This document shows, one piece after another, positions 1 to 9,715 of a DNA stretch of 56,600 nucleotides. Position numbers and translations under genes: made by a program. Origin of the DNA: Candidatus Nomurabacteria bacterium (GTDB lineage Bacteria > Patescibacteriota > Minisyncoccia > Phycocordibacterales > UBA9973). The DNA is taken from assembly GCA_026395895.1 (NCBI GenBank), contig JAPLXV010000003.1, forward strand, positions 1-56,600. The letters run 5' to 3'. Within the stretch, counting starts at the first letter, position 1; the number at the start of each line of letters is the position of its first letter. The notes under the pieces were generated by a model. The model ran no database searches, was not told the DNA's origin, and saw nothing but the letters and a program-made list of their open reading frames with translations.

Positions 1-1506
<1,506 letters not shown>

Positions 1507-1512
1507 AAATCC

Positions 1513-2037
1513 ATGCTTAATAAATTCAAAATTTTTACTGTTTTTATTGGCTGTCTATTATTTAGATTGCTCCCTTTAAGAGCACCTAATGTGGAGCCGA
1601 TAATGGCTTCTATTATGCCCCTAGGACGCAAATTTGGAGCCTTGACGGGTTTTTTATTTGGCTTCCTATCTATTATTATCTATGATCTTTTTACTCATTT
1701 TGGGGCTTGGACTTGGACGGTATCCATAACCTATGGGCTTGTTGGAATAGCTTCTTTTTTTTATTTTAAAAGGTTTAAATCTTCAGCTTTTAACTTTGCA
1801 GTTTTCGCATTTTTTGCCACCATAATTTTTGATTTAATAACTGGAGTTTTATTTGCTCCAATGTTTGGGCAAACTATGCTTAATGCTTTAGTTATGCAAA
1901 TTCCTTTTACTGCCCTGCACCTAGCAGGGAATATTGGTTTTGCACTTACTTTAAGTCCGCTTATAAACAAGTGGCTTGCGTCCGAACAATTTTTTGCACT
2001 AAAAACAAGTCCCTCATTGTCAGGAGCAAAAATTTAA
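1513..2037 (+). CDS. ECF transporter S-component-like membrane protein
   Basis: 174 aa, about 5-6 hydrophobic segments, RLLP..PNVEP motif, HLAGN near the C-terminus. Confidence 0.65.
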   Translation: MLNKFKIFTVFIGCLLFRLLPLRAPNVEPIMASIMPLGRKFGALTGFLFGFLSIIIYDLFTHFGAWTWTVSITYGLVGIASFFYFKRFKSSAFNFAVFAFFATIIFDLITGVLFAPMFGQTMLNALVMQIPFTALHLAGNIGFALTLSPLINKWLASEQFFALKTSPSLSGAKI

Positions 2038-3649
2038 TGTAGATTAAGAACATGGAGGCGTCGCATAGCGGTCTAGTGCACCATCTTGGAAAGGTGGCAG
2101 ACCTGAAAGGGTTTCGAGAGTTCAAATCTCTCCGCCTCCGCAATTTTTCAAAAAGGGTTTCCGAATGCAAAATGGGGTCGGCGCGAAGCGCCGACACTAA
2201 TGTATTTCCCCCGCCGAATTCAGAATCCAAAAGGGTTTTCCACGCTCCGCGTGGCTCAAAAAGTACGGTTCGATCTTTAATTAAAAAGTTCGAACCGACT
2301 TTTTTAAACAAATGAAGATTTTCTTCATTTGTTTTCTCGTTTGCCAATTCCATATTGTATATATTGGCTTTTAGGAATTTGTCGGTAAGTTCGAACCGAT
2401 TATGAGATTTTTTCTCAAAAGCTAGTAATTTCTCTTTGAGAAGCTGTTTTGAGCTAACCAACTTGTTTTTAGATTCGCGATATTCGTCGAGTGAAAGTGC
2501 ATTTTCAAGATAAGCGTTCATCAGCTTCTCAACTTTTGAATCCAAAAGAGAAATTTCATCTTTTGTTTTTTGAGAAAAAATCTCACTCGATTGATTTTCT
2601 GATTGTCGGTCTTTCTCATTTTCGACAATCATCCAATTTGCCCAATCGAGTGGCGAAGAAACTTTTTTGATTTCTTCCTTAATTTGAGAAGTGATGATTT
2701 CCTTACGAACATATTTTTGCAAACAAGGATTTTTCCGTTTGGTACAGCGAAGATAATTATGACCTTTTTGTGTTTCGGTAGTTATAAAACATCCACATTC
2801 TCCACAACGGAAAAATCCTCTATACAAAAATGGTTTCAATCCTTTGCTATGCGGTTTAGATTTTCGGCTCATCACTTCTTGAACAGAATCAAAAAGTTTC
2901 TTTGTGATAATCGGCTTGTGCTTTCCTTCGTATATTTCACCACCATATCTCATCAAGCCAGTGAATATCGGATTTCTCAAAATTTGTTGGTAGTTGGAAA
3001 CGGAAAGCACCTTTCCATTCTTTCTACTCAATCCAAGAGCGTTAAACTTATCGTGGAGCTGTCGCAAAGTGAAATTTCCAGTTGCGTAGGCCTCAAATGT
3101 TTTCTTGATTAACGGAGCAATATTTTCATCTGGTACTATTCCAGCACCTTTCACATTTACATAACCCAGAGGCGACATTTGAGGCCATATACCGTCTTTC
3201 ACTTTGTTTCTGTGCCCACGCTTGATATTCTCACTCAAATTGTCCACATAGTACTTGGATTGCGAAAAAGCAATGGAAAGCATGAACTTACCTTGTGGAG
3301 TTGTATCACACCAGAAAGTTGGAAAATTAAGCTCGGCAATTTTTCCCGTATCGAGCAAATATATTATCTTTCCACCATCAACAGAATTACGAGCAAGGCG
3401 GTCTGGATGCCACGCTAAAATTCCACTTGCCTCATTTGCTTCGATACGGAGAAGCATTTCATTAAATACTGGCCGACCCGGAGCTTTAGCGGTTTGTTTC
3501 TCCACGAAAATATCTACAACCTCAATTTGTTCTTTAACCGCTAACTCTTTGAGTTCGGCCAGTTGGTCTGAAATGCTTCTAACTTGCCGATCTTCTGTGT
3601 CGGTAGATTTTCTAGTGTATATAAAAAATTTTCTAGTTTGGTTATTCAT
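1961..3649 (-). CDS. Large serine recombinase (resolvase, recombinase, Zn ribbon, coiled coil)
   Basis: YTRKST catalytic Ser, DRLARN, PLGY, CGECG...C Zn ribbon; last 58 aa read antisense through tRNA-Ser. Confidence 0.95.
   Translation of the reverse strand: MNNQTRKFFIYTRKSTDTEDRQVRSISDQLAELKELAVKEQIEVVDIFVEKQTAKAPGRPVFNEMLLRIEANEASGILAWHPDRLARNSVDGGKIIYLLDTGKIAELNFPTFWCDTTPQGKFMLSIAFSQSKYYVDNLSENIKRGHRNKVKDGIWPQMSPLGYVNVKGAGIVPDENIAPLIKKTFEAYATGNFTLRQLHDKFNALGLSRKNGKVLSVSNYQQILRNPIFTGLMRYGGEIYEGKHKPIITKKLFDSVQEVMSRKSKPHSKGLKPFLYRGFFRCGECGCFITTETQKGHNYLRCTKRKNPCLQKYVRKEIITSQIKEEIKKVSSPLDWANWMIVENEKDRQSENQSSEIFSQKTKDEISLLDSKVEKLMNAYLENALSLDEYRESKNKLVSSKQLLKEKLLAFEKKSHNRFELTDKFLKANIYNMELANEKTNEENLHLFKKVGSNFLIKDRTVLFEPRGAWKTLLDSEFGGGNTLVSALRADPILHSETLFEKLRRRRDLNSRNPFRSATFPRWCTRPLCDASMFLIYIKFLLLTMRDLFLVQKIVRTQATCL
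2054..2140 (+). tRNA. tRNA-Ser(GGA)
   Basis: Acceptor GGAGGCG/CGCCTCC, anticodon arm CCATC-TTGGAAA-GGTGG, long variable arm, T arm GAGAG-TTCAAAT-CTCTC, discriminator G; no encoded CCA. Confidence 0.95.
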
Positions 3650-3670
3650 ATTGTTGTATTGGCTAGCGAG

Positions 3671-4016
3671 GAGCCACGCGGAGCGTGGCGAATCCTTTCA
3701 GAATCAGGATTTTTTGGGGGGAATTCAGAACAGACGGCACTTCGTGCCGATCATTTTTTTGGTTCCGAAGCCCTTTTCGAAAAATTGCGGTATTCATTGT
3801 ACAAAATTCGAACCTTTTTTGAAAGCAATCCTGATGAAGAAATCTGAAACAATGCGGACGAAGTTTTGCGGAAACAATTTTCTGGGGAAAGGATTCCGCA
3901 AAACTTCGGCTGATTCCTTTTTTCTGAATTCGGATGTCGCAAGCGGAGGAGGAGGGGTCTGGGGAGGAATCCTCCGCTTGCTCCTCTTTTTGTTTTGGCA
4001 AAATTCGGGCGGGCTT
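3671..4016 (+). repeat. Internal inverted attP-like copy (diverged recombinase 3' end, core, 232 bp arm)
   Basis: 3671-3790 is a diverged inverted copy of 2138-2257; 3785-4016 is an inverted copy of 6046-6277 with 4 mismatches. Confidence 0.9.
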
Positions 4017-4120
4017 CCATAAAAAATACAGATTGATAAAATCCATAATTTTTGCTATCATTGTTTTGTGAGCAAAGAAAGTAATCACTCATAAGATAAT
4101 ACTATCAAAGTTTGGATACT

Positions 4121-4318
4121 ATGGCAACTATATCAGAAAACATAAAACGAATACGAACAAAACAAGGATTGACGCAAGACGACTTGTCGAAGAAAGCGGA
4201 CATCAAATACTCTACCCTGACAAAAATTGAGGGTGGCGTCGTTACCAAACCAAGCGTTCAAACAATTCAAAAAATCGCCAAGTCGTTAGGCGTTTCCATT
4301 GAGGAATTATTAAAATAA
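4121..4318 (+). CDS. XRE-family helix-turn-helix regulator
   Basis: IKRIRTKQGLTQDDLSKKADIKYSTLTKIEGG...PSVQTIQKIAKSLGV; ATG at 4121 preferred over the upstream TTG. Confidence 0.9.
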   Translation: MATISENIKRIRTKQGLTQDDLSKKADIKYSTLTKIEGGVVTKPSVQTIQKIAKSLGVSIEELLK

Positions 4319-4329
4319 CTTAAAAAATT

Positions 4330-4941
4330 ATGTATATACCACTTTGGATAATTGTTATCGGTGTCGTCGTATATTTCTTTTGGGCTAAAAACAAAAAAGA
4401 AAAACCGGAACACAAAAAAGAAGCAACCCCGCCTTTAAATGACAAAAGAACAAGTTTGAATCCTTTATTTTCTGAAGAAGAAATAGCTCGCAAAAAAGAA
4501 ACCGCAGACAAATGGCAAGAATATGTTGTGCAGTATTTTGATGAGTTGTTCAATCAAGAAAAAAAAGAAGTAGAAGCTCACCAGAAATCTGGTAAAGATA
4601 AGGACACTTTCAAGCCAAGTGAAAAACTTATAGGCATTATTCAAAAACAATCAATGTCATTATTGGGACGAAATAATGCAATGAAAGATTATCGAAAAAT
4701 GATTGAATCCAATATTGCTATTATTAACGGAGGAGAAATTGAGAAAGTGGAAAAAACATATTGGGATCAAATGTGCCATATTCCTTACGATAACTTTGAC
4801 ATTATTTATAACCCCGATATTTATTTGGACGATAAAGAAATGAAGGAAATGTACAATAGCAATATGGAGCATCGCAAGAAATTCTGGAAAGACAGTTGGG
4901 ACTACATTCTTAAAAAAGAGTATGTGCAGAAAGAAGACTAA
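4330..4941 (+). CDS. Hypothetical protein with N-terminal membrane anchor (island cargo)
   Basis: 203 aa ORF with hydrophobic N-terminus. Confidence 0.75.
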   Translation: MYIPLWIIVIGVVVYFFWAKNKKEKPEHKKEATPPLNDKRTSLNPLFSEEEIARKKETADKWQEYVVQYFDELFNQEKKEVEAHQKSGKDKDTFKPSEKLIGIIQKQSMSLLGRNNAMKDYRKMIESNIAIINGGEIEKVEKTYWDQMCHIPYDNFDIIYNPDIYLDDKEMKEMYNSNMEHRKKFWKDSWDYILKKEYVQKED

Positions 4942-4965
4942 TTATTAAAATAACTTAAATACACT

Positions 4966-5502
4966 ATGGACAAAAATAATATAAAACCAAAAGAATTATT
5001 TGAGAAATTAAAATCGGTTGGATTAGCCGAAGAAGTAAGCCCATTTTTATTAAAAGGAATAGATACTCACACTGAAAAAGATAATTTGGGTGGGTATTTA
5101 GTGTTAGAAGATCTAAAAGATTTTATTAAGAAAAAACTACCGTCCCTAGAGCAAAAAATAAGTGGCTGGGCAAAAGGAGGAATGCGTTCTTATACTAAAG
5201 ATGAGTTACTTGCATACGAACAAAGCAAGGTGCTTATTGATTTGCTTGAATCAACGGGTGGAAACGGCGAAAAACTTAGGGAATATTGGTTATCACATTG
5301 TCCAACACAACACAAAACAATCAAGGAATCAAAATTGTTTGACTCAAATAGTGAAGAAACAGAAGTTTTTGATAAAGTTCTTGGAAAAATCGTGAAAGAT
5401 GGTGGTGACGAAAATGATGAGAATTTTTTAAAGGAAGTTGAAAAGCGTTTGGGACACCCAATCAAAAACTTTTTTGATTGGTCGCTTCCTAGCGAAAAAT
5501 AA
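4966..5502 (+). CDS. Hypothetical protein (island cargo)
   Basis: 178 aa ORF co-oriented with neighbours. Confidence 0.7.
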   Translation: MDKNNIKPKELFEKLKSVGLAEEVSPFLLKGIDTHTEKDNLGGYLVLEDLKDFIKKKLPSLEQKISGWAKGGMRSYTKDELLAYEQSKVLIDLLESTGGNGEKLREYWLSHCPTQHKTIKESKLFDSNSEETEVFDKVLGKIVKDGGDENDENFLKEVEKRLGHPIKNFFDWSLPSEK

Positions 5503-6040
5503 AGTGGAATTTTCAGAAATTCTTAAAAGTATAGAAAGTAAGTCTACTAAAGCAAACCATGAGTTGATTTGGGCTTATTTTTTTATTTTTCACTTAAACA
5601 AAGAAAAATCTTTTGACTATGAAGTTGAGGAAGGTCCAAATGACTTAACCGATGTTTATGCAAAATCTAAAAGCGAAAAGTTTCCAGTTTTGAAATTACA
5701 ACTTACATGGGCAAAAGAAAAAGATTTCAGTCCTAAAATAGTAATTAAGGATTTGAAGTTTAGTACAGAAATTATTTTAGAAGCCGTTAAAAGAAAATAC
5801 GAAAAGTATGAAAAACAAGGTAAAGCGGATTCACTAAATGAAATAATTCTTGTTATACAAGGCGACCTTCCAAGTGGGTGGGATGATTTAGTTGATGATA
5901 AAAAAATAAAAGAAGAAATTGTAAAATATCCTTTTCGTGGAATTTATTACATTACTCCACCTGGAACTAAATCATCCTTGAAAGATAGAACGCCTATTAT
6001 GCATAACGGATTCGTTCTATGTTTCAAGGAGGCATTTTAA
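5438..6040 (+). CDS. Hypothetical protein, possibly PD-(D/E)xK nuclease-like; start uncertain
   Basis: About 200 aa; E...TDV...LQLT pattern loosely resembles a restriction-endonuclease fold. Confidence 0.55.
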   Translation: MKSVWDTQSKTFLIGRFLAKNKVEFSEILKSIESKSTKANHELIWAYFFIFHLNKEKSFDYEVEEGPNDLTDVYAKSKSEKFPVLKLQLTWAKEKDFSPKIVIKDLKFSTEIILEAVKRKYEKYEKQGKADSLNEIILVIQGDLPSGWDDLVDDKKIKEEIVKYPFRGIYYITPPGTKSSLKDRTPIMHNGFVLCFKEAF

Positions 6041-6045
6041 TTTAT

Positions 6046-6277
6046 AAGCCCGCCCGAATTTCGCCAAAACAAAAAGAGGAGCAAGCGGAGGATTCCTCCC
6101 CAGACCCCTCCTCCTCCGCTTGCGACATCCGAATTCGGAAAAAAGGAATCAGCCGAAGTTTTGCGGAATCCTTTCCCCAGAAAATTGTTTCCGCAAAACT
6201 TCGTCCTCATTGTTTCAGATTTCTTCATCGGGATTGCTTTCAAAAAAGGTTCGAATTTTGTACAATGAATACCGCAA
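6046..6277 (-). repeat. attR arm (232 bp) encoding the displaced recombinase C-terminus and two hairpins
   Basis: Minus strand reads LRYSLYKIRTFFESNPDEEI*; inverted repeat of 3785-4016. Confidence 0.9.
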
Positions 6278-6307
6278 ATGGTTTTTTTATGCTAAAATTG
6301 TAGGTAT

Positions 6308-6805
6308 ATGGAACAAAATAAAAACTTGGGTTATATTTTAGGATTATTAAGATTAATAATAGGTTGGGTTTTCTTGTGGGCTTTTATTGATAAATTATTT
6401 GGTTTGGGTTTTGCCACAATAGCTGAAAAATCTTGGCTCGCCGGAGTTTCTCCGACTGCCGGATTTTTGCAATTCGGCGTGCATGGCCCTTTTGCCGATT
6501 TCTTTCACAGTCTGGCTGGTCTTCCGTTGATAGATTGGTTATTTATGCTCGGTTTATTATTTATTGGCGTTTCTTTGATGTTCGGTATTTTTATGAAGCT
6601 AGGTGGTTTTTCCGGAATAATTATGTTGGTTCTTATGTATGGAGCTCTTGGATTATCTCCGGCTAATAACCCACTGATAGATGAGCACATCATTTATATT
6701 CTAGTTATTTTTGTTTTGATGATGACAAACTCCGGACAATATTGGGGTTTTGGTAAATGGTGGGAGGGTACTTCTTTTGTGCAAAAATATAAGTTTTTAA
6801 AATAG
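6308..6805 (+). CDS. DoxX family membrane protein
   Basis: LRLIIGWVFLWAFIDKLFG, NPLIDEH; about 4 TM segments. Confidence 0.8.
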   Translation: MEQNKNLGYILGLLRLIIGWVFLWAFIDKLFGLGFATIAEKSWLAGVSPTAGFLQFGVHGPFADFFHSLAGLPLIDWLFMLGLLFIGVSLMFGIFMKLGGFSGIIMLVLMYGALGLSPANNPLIDEHIIYILVIFVLMMTNSGQYWGFGKWWEGTSFVQKYKFLK

Positions 6806-6816
6806 TCGTAAAATTA

Positions 6817-6954
6817 TTAGAAAAATAATGTAACGAAGTGAAATATATTTTTCTTAACCCTGTTAAATAATTTTTGCAAGGTAAAAATTGCCCGAAGGGC
6901 ATTTAACAGGGTGATGATTTTTATACTCATTACATTCGTTAAAAATCAATCATG
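6817..6954 (+). repeat. Structured leader repeat, copy 1 (upstream of cupin gene)
   Basis: Homologous to 27631-27776; central IR ACCCTGTTAAAT/ATTTAACAGGGT; ends AAAATCAATC-ATG. Confidence 0.85.
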
Positions 6955-7350
6955 AAAGGATTTAATGTAAACATAGAGAAAGAAACTTTGGAGAATACAA
7001 ATTTTCGCAAAGTTTTATATACGGGCAAACATAGCCAGTTGGTTTTAATGAGTTTAAAACCCAATGAAGAAATTGGCATGGAAGTTCATACTGACAACGA
7101 TCAATTTTTCCGCATAGAAAGCGGACATGGCAAATGTATTATTGATGGTAATTCCTATGACCTGATCGATGGGTCGGTTATTATTGTTCCTTCTGGTGCT
7201 CAGCACAATGTCATCAATACATCCAGCTCAGAAGATTTGAAACTCTACACAATTTATTCTCCAGCTCATCATCAAGATGGGGTAGTAAGATTTACTAAAG
7301 CAGAAGCGGAAGCCGACAGTCCAGAATTTGATGGAAAAACAACGGAATAA
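6952..7350 (+). CDS. Cupin domain protein
   Basis: EIGMEVH...DQFFRIESG, IIVPSGAQHNVIN cupin motifs. Confidence 0.9.
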   Translation: MKGFNVNIEKETLENTNFRKVLYTGKHSQLVLMSLKPNEEIGMEVHTDNDQFFRIESGHGKCIIDGNSYDLIDGSVIIVPSGAQHNVINTSSSEDLKLYTIYSPAHHQDGVVRFTKAEAEADSPEFDGKTTE

Positions 7351-7358
7351 AAAAGTTC

Positions 7359-8852
7359 ATGAAATTAACCAAAACCGATTATCTCATATGGAAAGATTGC
7401 GCCAAAAATGCTTGGCTTAAAATACACAAGCCAGATATTTATTTTGCCGAACCTTTATCTGCTTTTGATCAGGGGATAATAGAAACAGGCAATGAAGTTG
7501 ATGTTCTAGCTCGAGAACTATTTCCGGGTGGTGTTTTAGTGTCAGGACTTGATGCCTCAGAAGAAACAAAAAAATTAATAAAATCCCAAACGTCTGTGAT
7601 TTATCAGCCGGTATTTGAGACTGCTTTATATAAAGTTATTTGTGATATTTTAGTATGGAATGCGGATTCCAAAACATATGATTTATATGAAGTAAAAGCT
7701 TCCAACAGCGGAGATGACAAAAAGAAAAAAGACGAACTTTACACTTACGACATTGCTTTTCAATATTTGGTGCTTAAAGAGTTGAATGTTCCTTTAGGAA
7801 GATTATCTCTTGTAAGATTTAATAGTGAATATGTAAGAGGAGCAGAACTTGATTTGGAGCAACTTTTTTTGAAAGAGGATTTTACTGAAAAAGTTATGAA
7901 AGTATCCAATATGGTTAAAGAAGAAATGAAAATCGCTCAAGAATTTCTTGCTTCTGAAAAAGAGCCATTTGGCCCATGCAAATGCGTTACTCGGGGAAGA
8001 AGCGCTCATTGCACCACTTTTTCGTATTCAAATCCTCATATTCCAGATTACAGCGTGCATGATATTTCTCGCATAGGGATGTCAAAAAAGAAACTAGAGG
8101 AATTGATTGATAGTAGTATTTTTCTTATTGAAGACGTTCCAGAAGATTTTCCATTAAGTGAAAAACAAAGAAATCAAGTTACGGCTACTCAACTGGATAA
8201 AGTTTTTATAAAAAAAGATGAAATAAATGCTTTTTTAAAAAATATTTCTATGCCAATATCTTTTTTGGACTATGAAACTTTTGCAGCTGGAATTCCGAGG
8301 TTTGCTGGTTTTAGTCCTTTTAATCAAATAACTTTTCAATTTTCCTTGCATATTCTTGAAGAAAAAGACAAGGAACCCAGACATGCTGAATTTATTTTTA
8401 CAGAAGATAAAAATCCGGATGAAGAATTTATTTTAGCCTTGAAAGAAAAATTACCAAGCAAAGGTTCAGTTATAACTTGGAATAAAAGTTTTGAGATGGG
8501 AAGAAATAAAAATCTTGCAAAAAGAAATCCAGAACATAAAGAATTTTTGGAAAATTTGAATTCCAGAGTTATCGATTTGATGGATGTTTTTTCTGAACAG
8601 CACTATATTCATCCTAAATTTAAGGGGAAAACGTCTATAAAATATATTTTACCTGTTCTTGCTCCAGAATTATCTTACAAAGCGCTTGATATACAAGAAG
8701 GAGCTAGTGCTTCAGACTCATGGAATAAAATAGTAAAAGGTGAGTATTCTAAAGAGGAGAGACTAGAAAAAATTGAACAATTAAAAACATACTGCAAACT
8801 TGATACCTATGCGATGTACGCAATCTGGAAGCATTTAAGTGATTTAGTTTAA
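7359..8852 (+). CDS. DUF2779-type putative nuclease (RecB-like plus RNase H-like)
   Basis: DIL...YEVKAS, FLDYET, FQFSLH, SIKYILPVL, YCKLDT. Confidence 0.8.
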   Translation: MKLTKTDYLIWKDCAKNAWLKIHKPDIYFAEPLSAFDQGIIETGNEVDVLARELFPGGVLVSGLDASEETKKLIKSQTSVIYQPVFETALYKVICDILVWNADSKTYDLYEVKASNSGDDKKKKDELYTYDIAFQYLVLKELNVPLGRLSLVRFNSEYVRGAELDLEQLFLKEDFTEKVMKVSNMVKEEMKIAQEFLASEKEPFGPCKCVTRGRSAHCTTFSYSNPHIPDYSVHDISRIGMSKKKLEELIDSSIFLIEDVPEDFPLSEKQRNQVTATQLDKVFIKKDEINAFLKNISMPISFLDYETFAAGIPRFAGFSPFNQITFQFSLHILEEKDKEPRHAEFIFTEDKNPDEEFILALKEKLPSKGSVITWNKSFEMGRNKNLAKRNPEHKEFLENLNSRVIDLMDVFSEQHYIHPKFKGKTSIKYILPVLAPELSYKALDIQEGASASDSWNKIVKGEYSKEERLEKIEQLKTYCKLDTYAMYAIWKHLSDLV

Positions 8853-8944
8853 AATCTTGGTCCGTTGTCTAACCAACCTAAATAAAGACCCAAAAGCACA
8901 AAAATAATAGTTAAAATGATTAGAATCCAATCAATCTTTTTCAT
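8849..8944 (-). CDS. Small single-pass membrane peptide (31 aa, not in ORF track)
   Basis: MKKIDWILIILTIIFVLLGLYLGWLDNGPRF; TATAAT 6 nt upstream of ATG. Confidence 0.5.
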   Translation of the reverse strand: MKKIDWILIILTIIFVLLGLYLGWLDNGPRF

Positions 8945-8999
8945 AGTGGAATTATAACTCTTAATAGAATTTAAACCAATTTTGTGATATATTTTCTAT

Positions 9000-9710
9000 A
9001 TGGAAAAGGAAATAAAAAAAGGCAAAGAACACCCGCTTTCTATAATCATAAATAAGTCAGTCAAAATTTTCACTGATTTGGGTTTTGAAATTGCTACTGG
9101 GCCAGAATTGGAAAATATTTGGCATAATTTCGATGCTTTGAATATTCCAAAAGATCATCCAGCTCGCGATATGCAAGATACTTTTTATATTAAAGGAGAA
9201 AAAGATAAAGTTTTAAGAACACATACTTCCAATGTGCAGATTAGATATATGGAAAATTTAGTGAAATCAGGCGGGAAGCCCCCCTTTGCCATCATTGCTC
9301 CTGGAAAATGTTTTAGAAATGAAGCGACAGATGCGACACATGAAATGCAATTTTATCAAATTGAAGGATTGATGATTGGGGAAGATATTAATATGGCTCA
9401 CCTAAAAGGAGTTCTTTCTCATTTTTATAAAAAAATGTTAGGCGACGATGTTGATCTTCGTTTTCGTCCGAGTTTTTTTCCTTTTACTGAACCATCCATA
9501 GAATTCGATTTGAAATTTAATGGTAAATGGCTTGAGATAGGAGGAGCTGGAATGGTGCATCCAAATGTTCTTAAGAATTGTGGTATTGATTCGGATAAAT
9601 ATCAAGGTTTTGCTTTTGGTCCAGGTCTAGAAAGATTGATGGTTATTAAATATGGTATGCCTGATATCCGTCCAGCTTATCAGGGCGACTTAAGATTCAA
9701 TCAATTTTAA
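9000..9710 (+). CDS. pheS: Phenylalanine-tRNA ligase alpha subunit (short form)
   Basis: HPARDMQDTFY, LRTHTS, FPFTEPS, GAGMVHP. Confidence 0.97.
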   Translation: MEKEIKKGKEHPLSIIINKSVKIFTDLGFEIATGPELENIWHNFDALNIPKDHPARDMQDTFYIKGEKDKVLRTHTSNVQIRYMENLVKSGGKPPFAIIAPGKCFRNEATDATHEMQFYQIEGLMIGEDINMAHLKGVLSHFYKKMLGDDVDLRFRPSFFPFTEPSIEFDLKFNGKWLEIGGAGMVHPNVLKNCGIDSDKYQGFAFGPGLERLMVIKYGMPDIRPAYQGDLRFNQF

Positions 9711-9715
9711 AATAT

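Larger units (their letters stand above)
2138..6277. mobile_element. Serine-recombinase genomic island integrated at the tRNA-Ser 3' end
   Basis: Core CCGCAA at 2138-2143 (attL) and 6272-6277 (attR); joining the ends rebuilds a junction matching the internal copy around 3785-3790. Confidence 0.85.

Noticed and set aside
2052..2315. 87 aa ORF on the plus strand
   Set aside because: Overlaps tRNA-Ser and is antisense to the recombinase
3255..4092. Overlapping ORFs 3255-4022, 3584-3847, 3663-4088, 3751-4092
   Set aside because: Shadow frames of the recombinase and the GC-rich att arm; only the recombinase-tail homology in 3671-3847 is meaningful
6019..6341. Three short ORFs resembling those near 3700-4090
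   Set aside because: Similarity comes from the inverted repeat, not from protein paralogy
7359..8852. Possible Cas4-like nuclease suggesting a CRISPR locus
   Set aside because: No repeat-spacer array or other cas genes seen in the window
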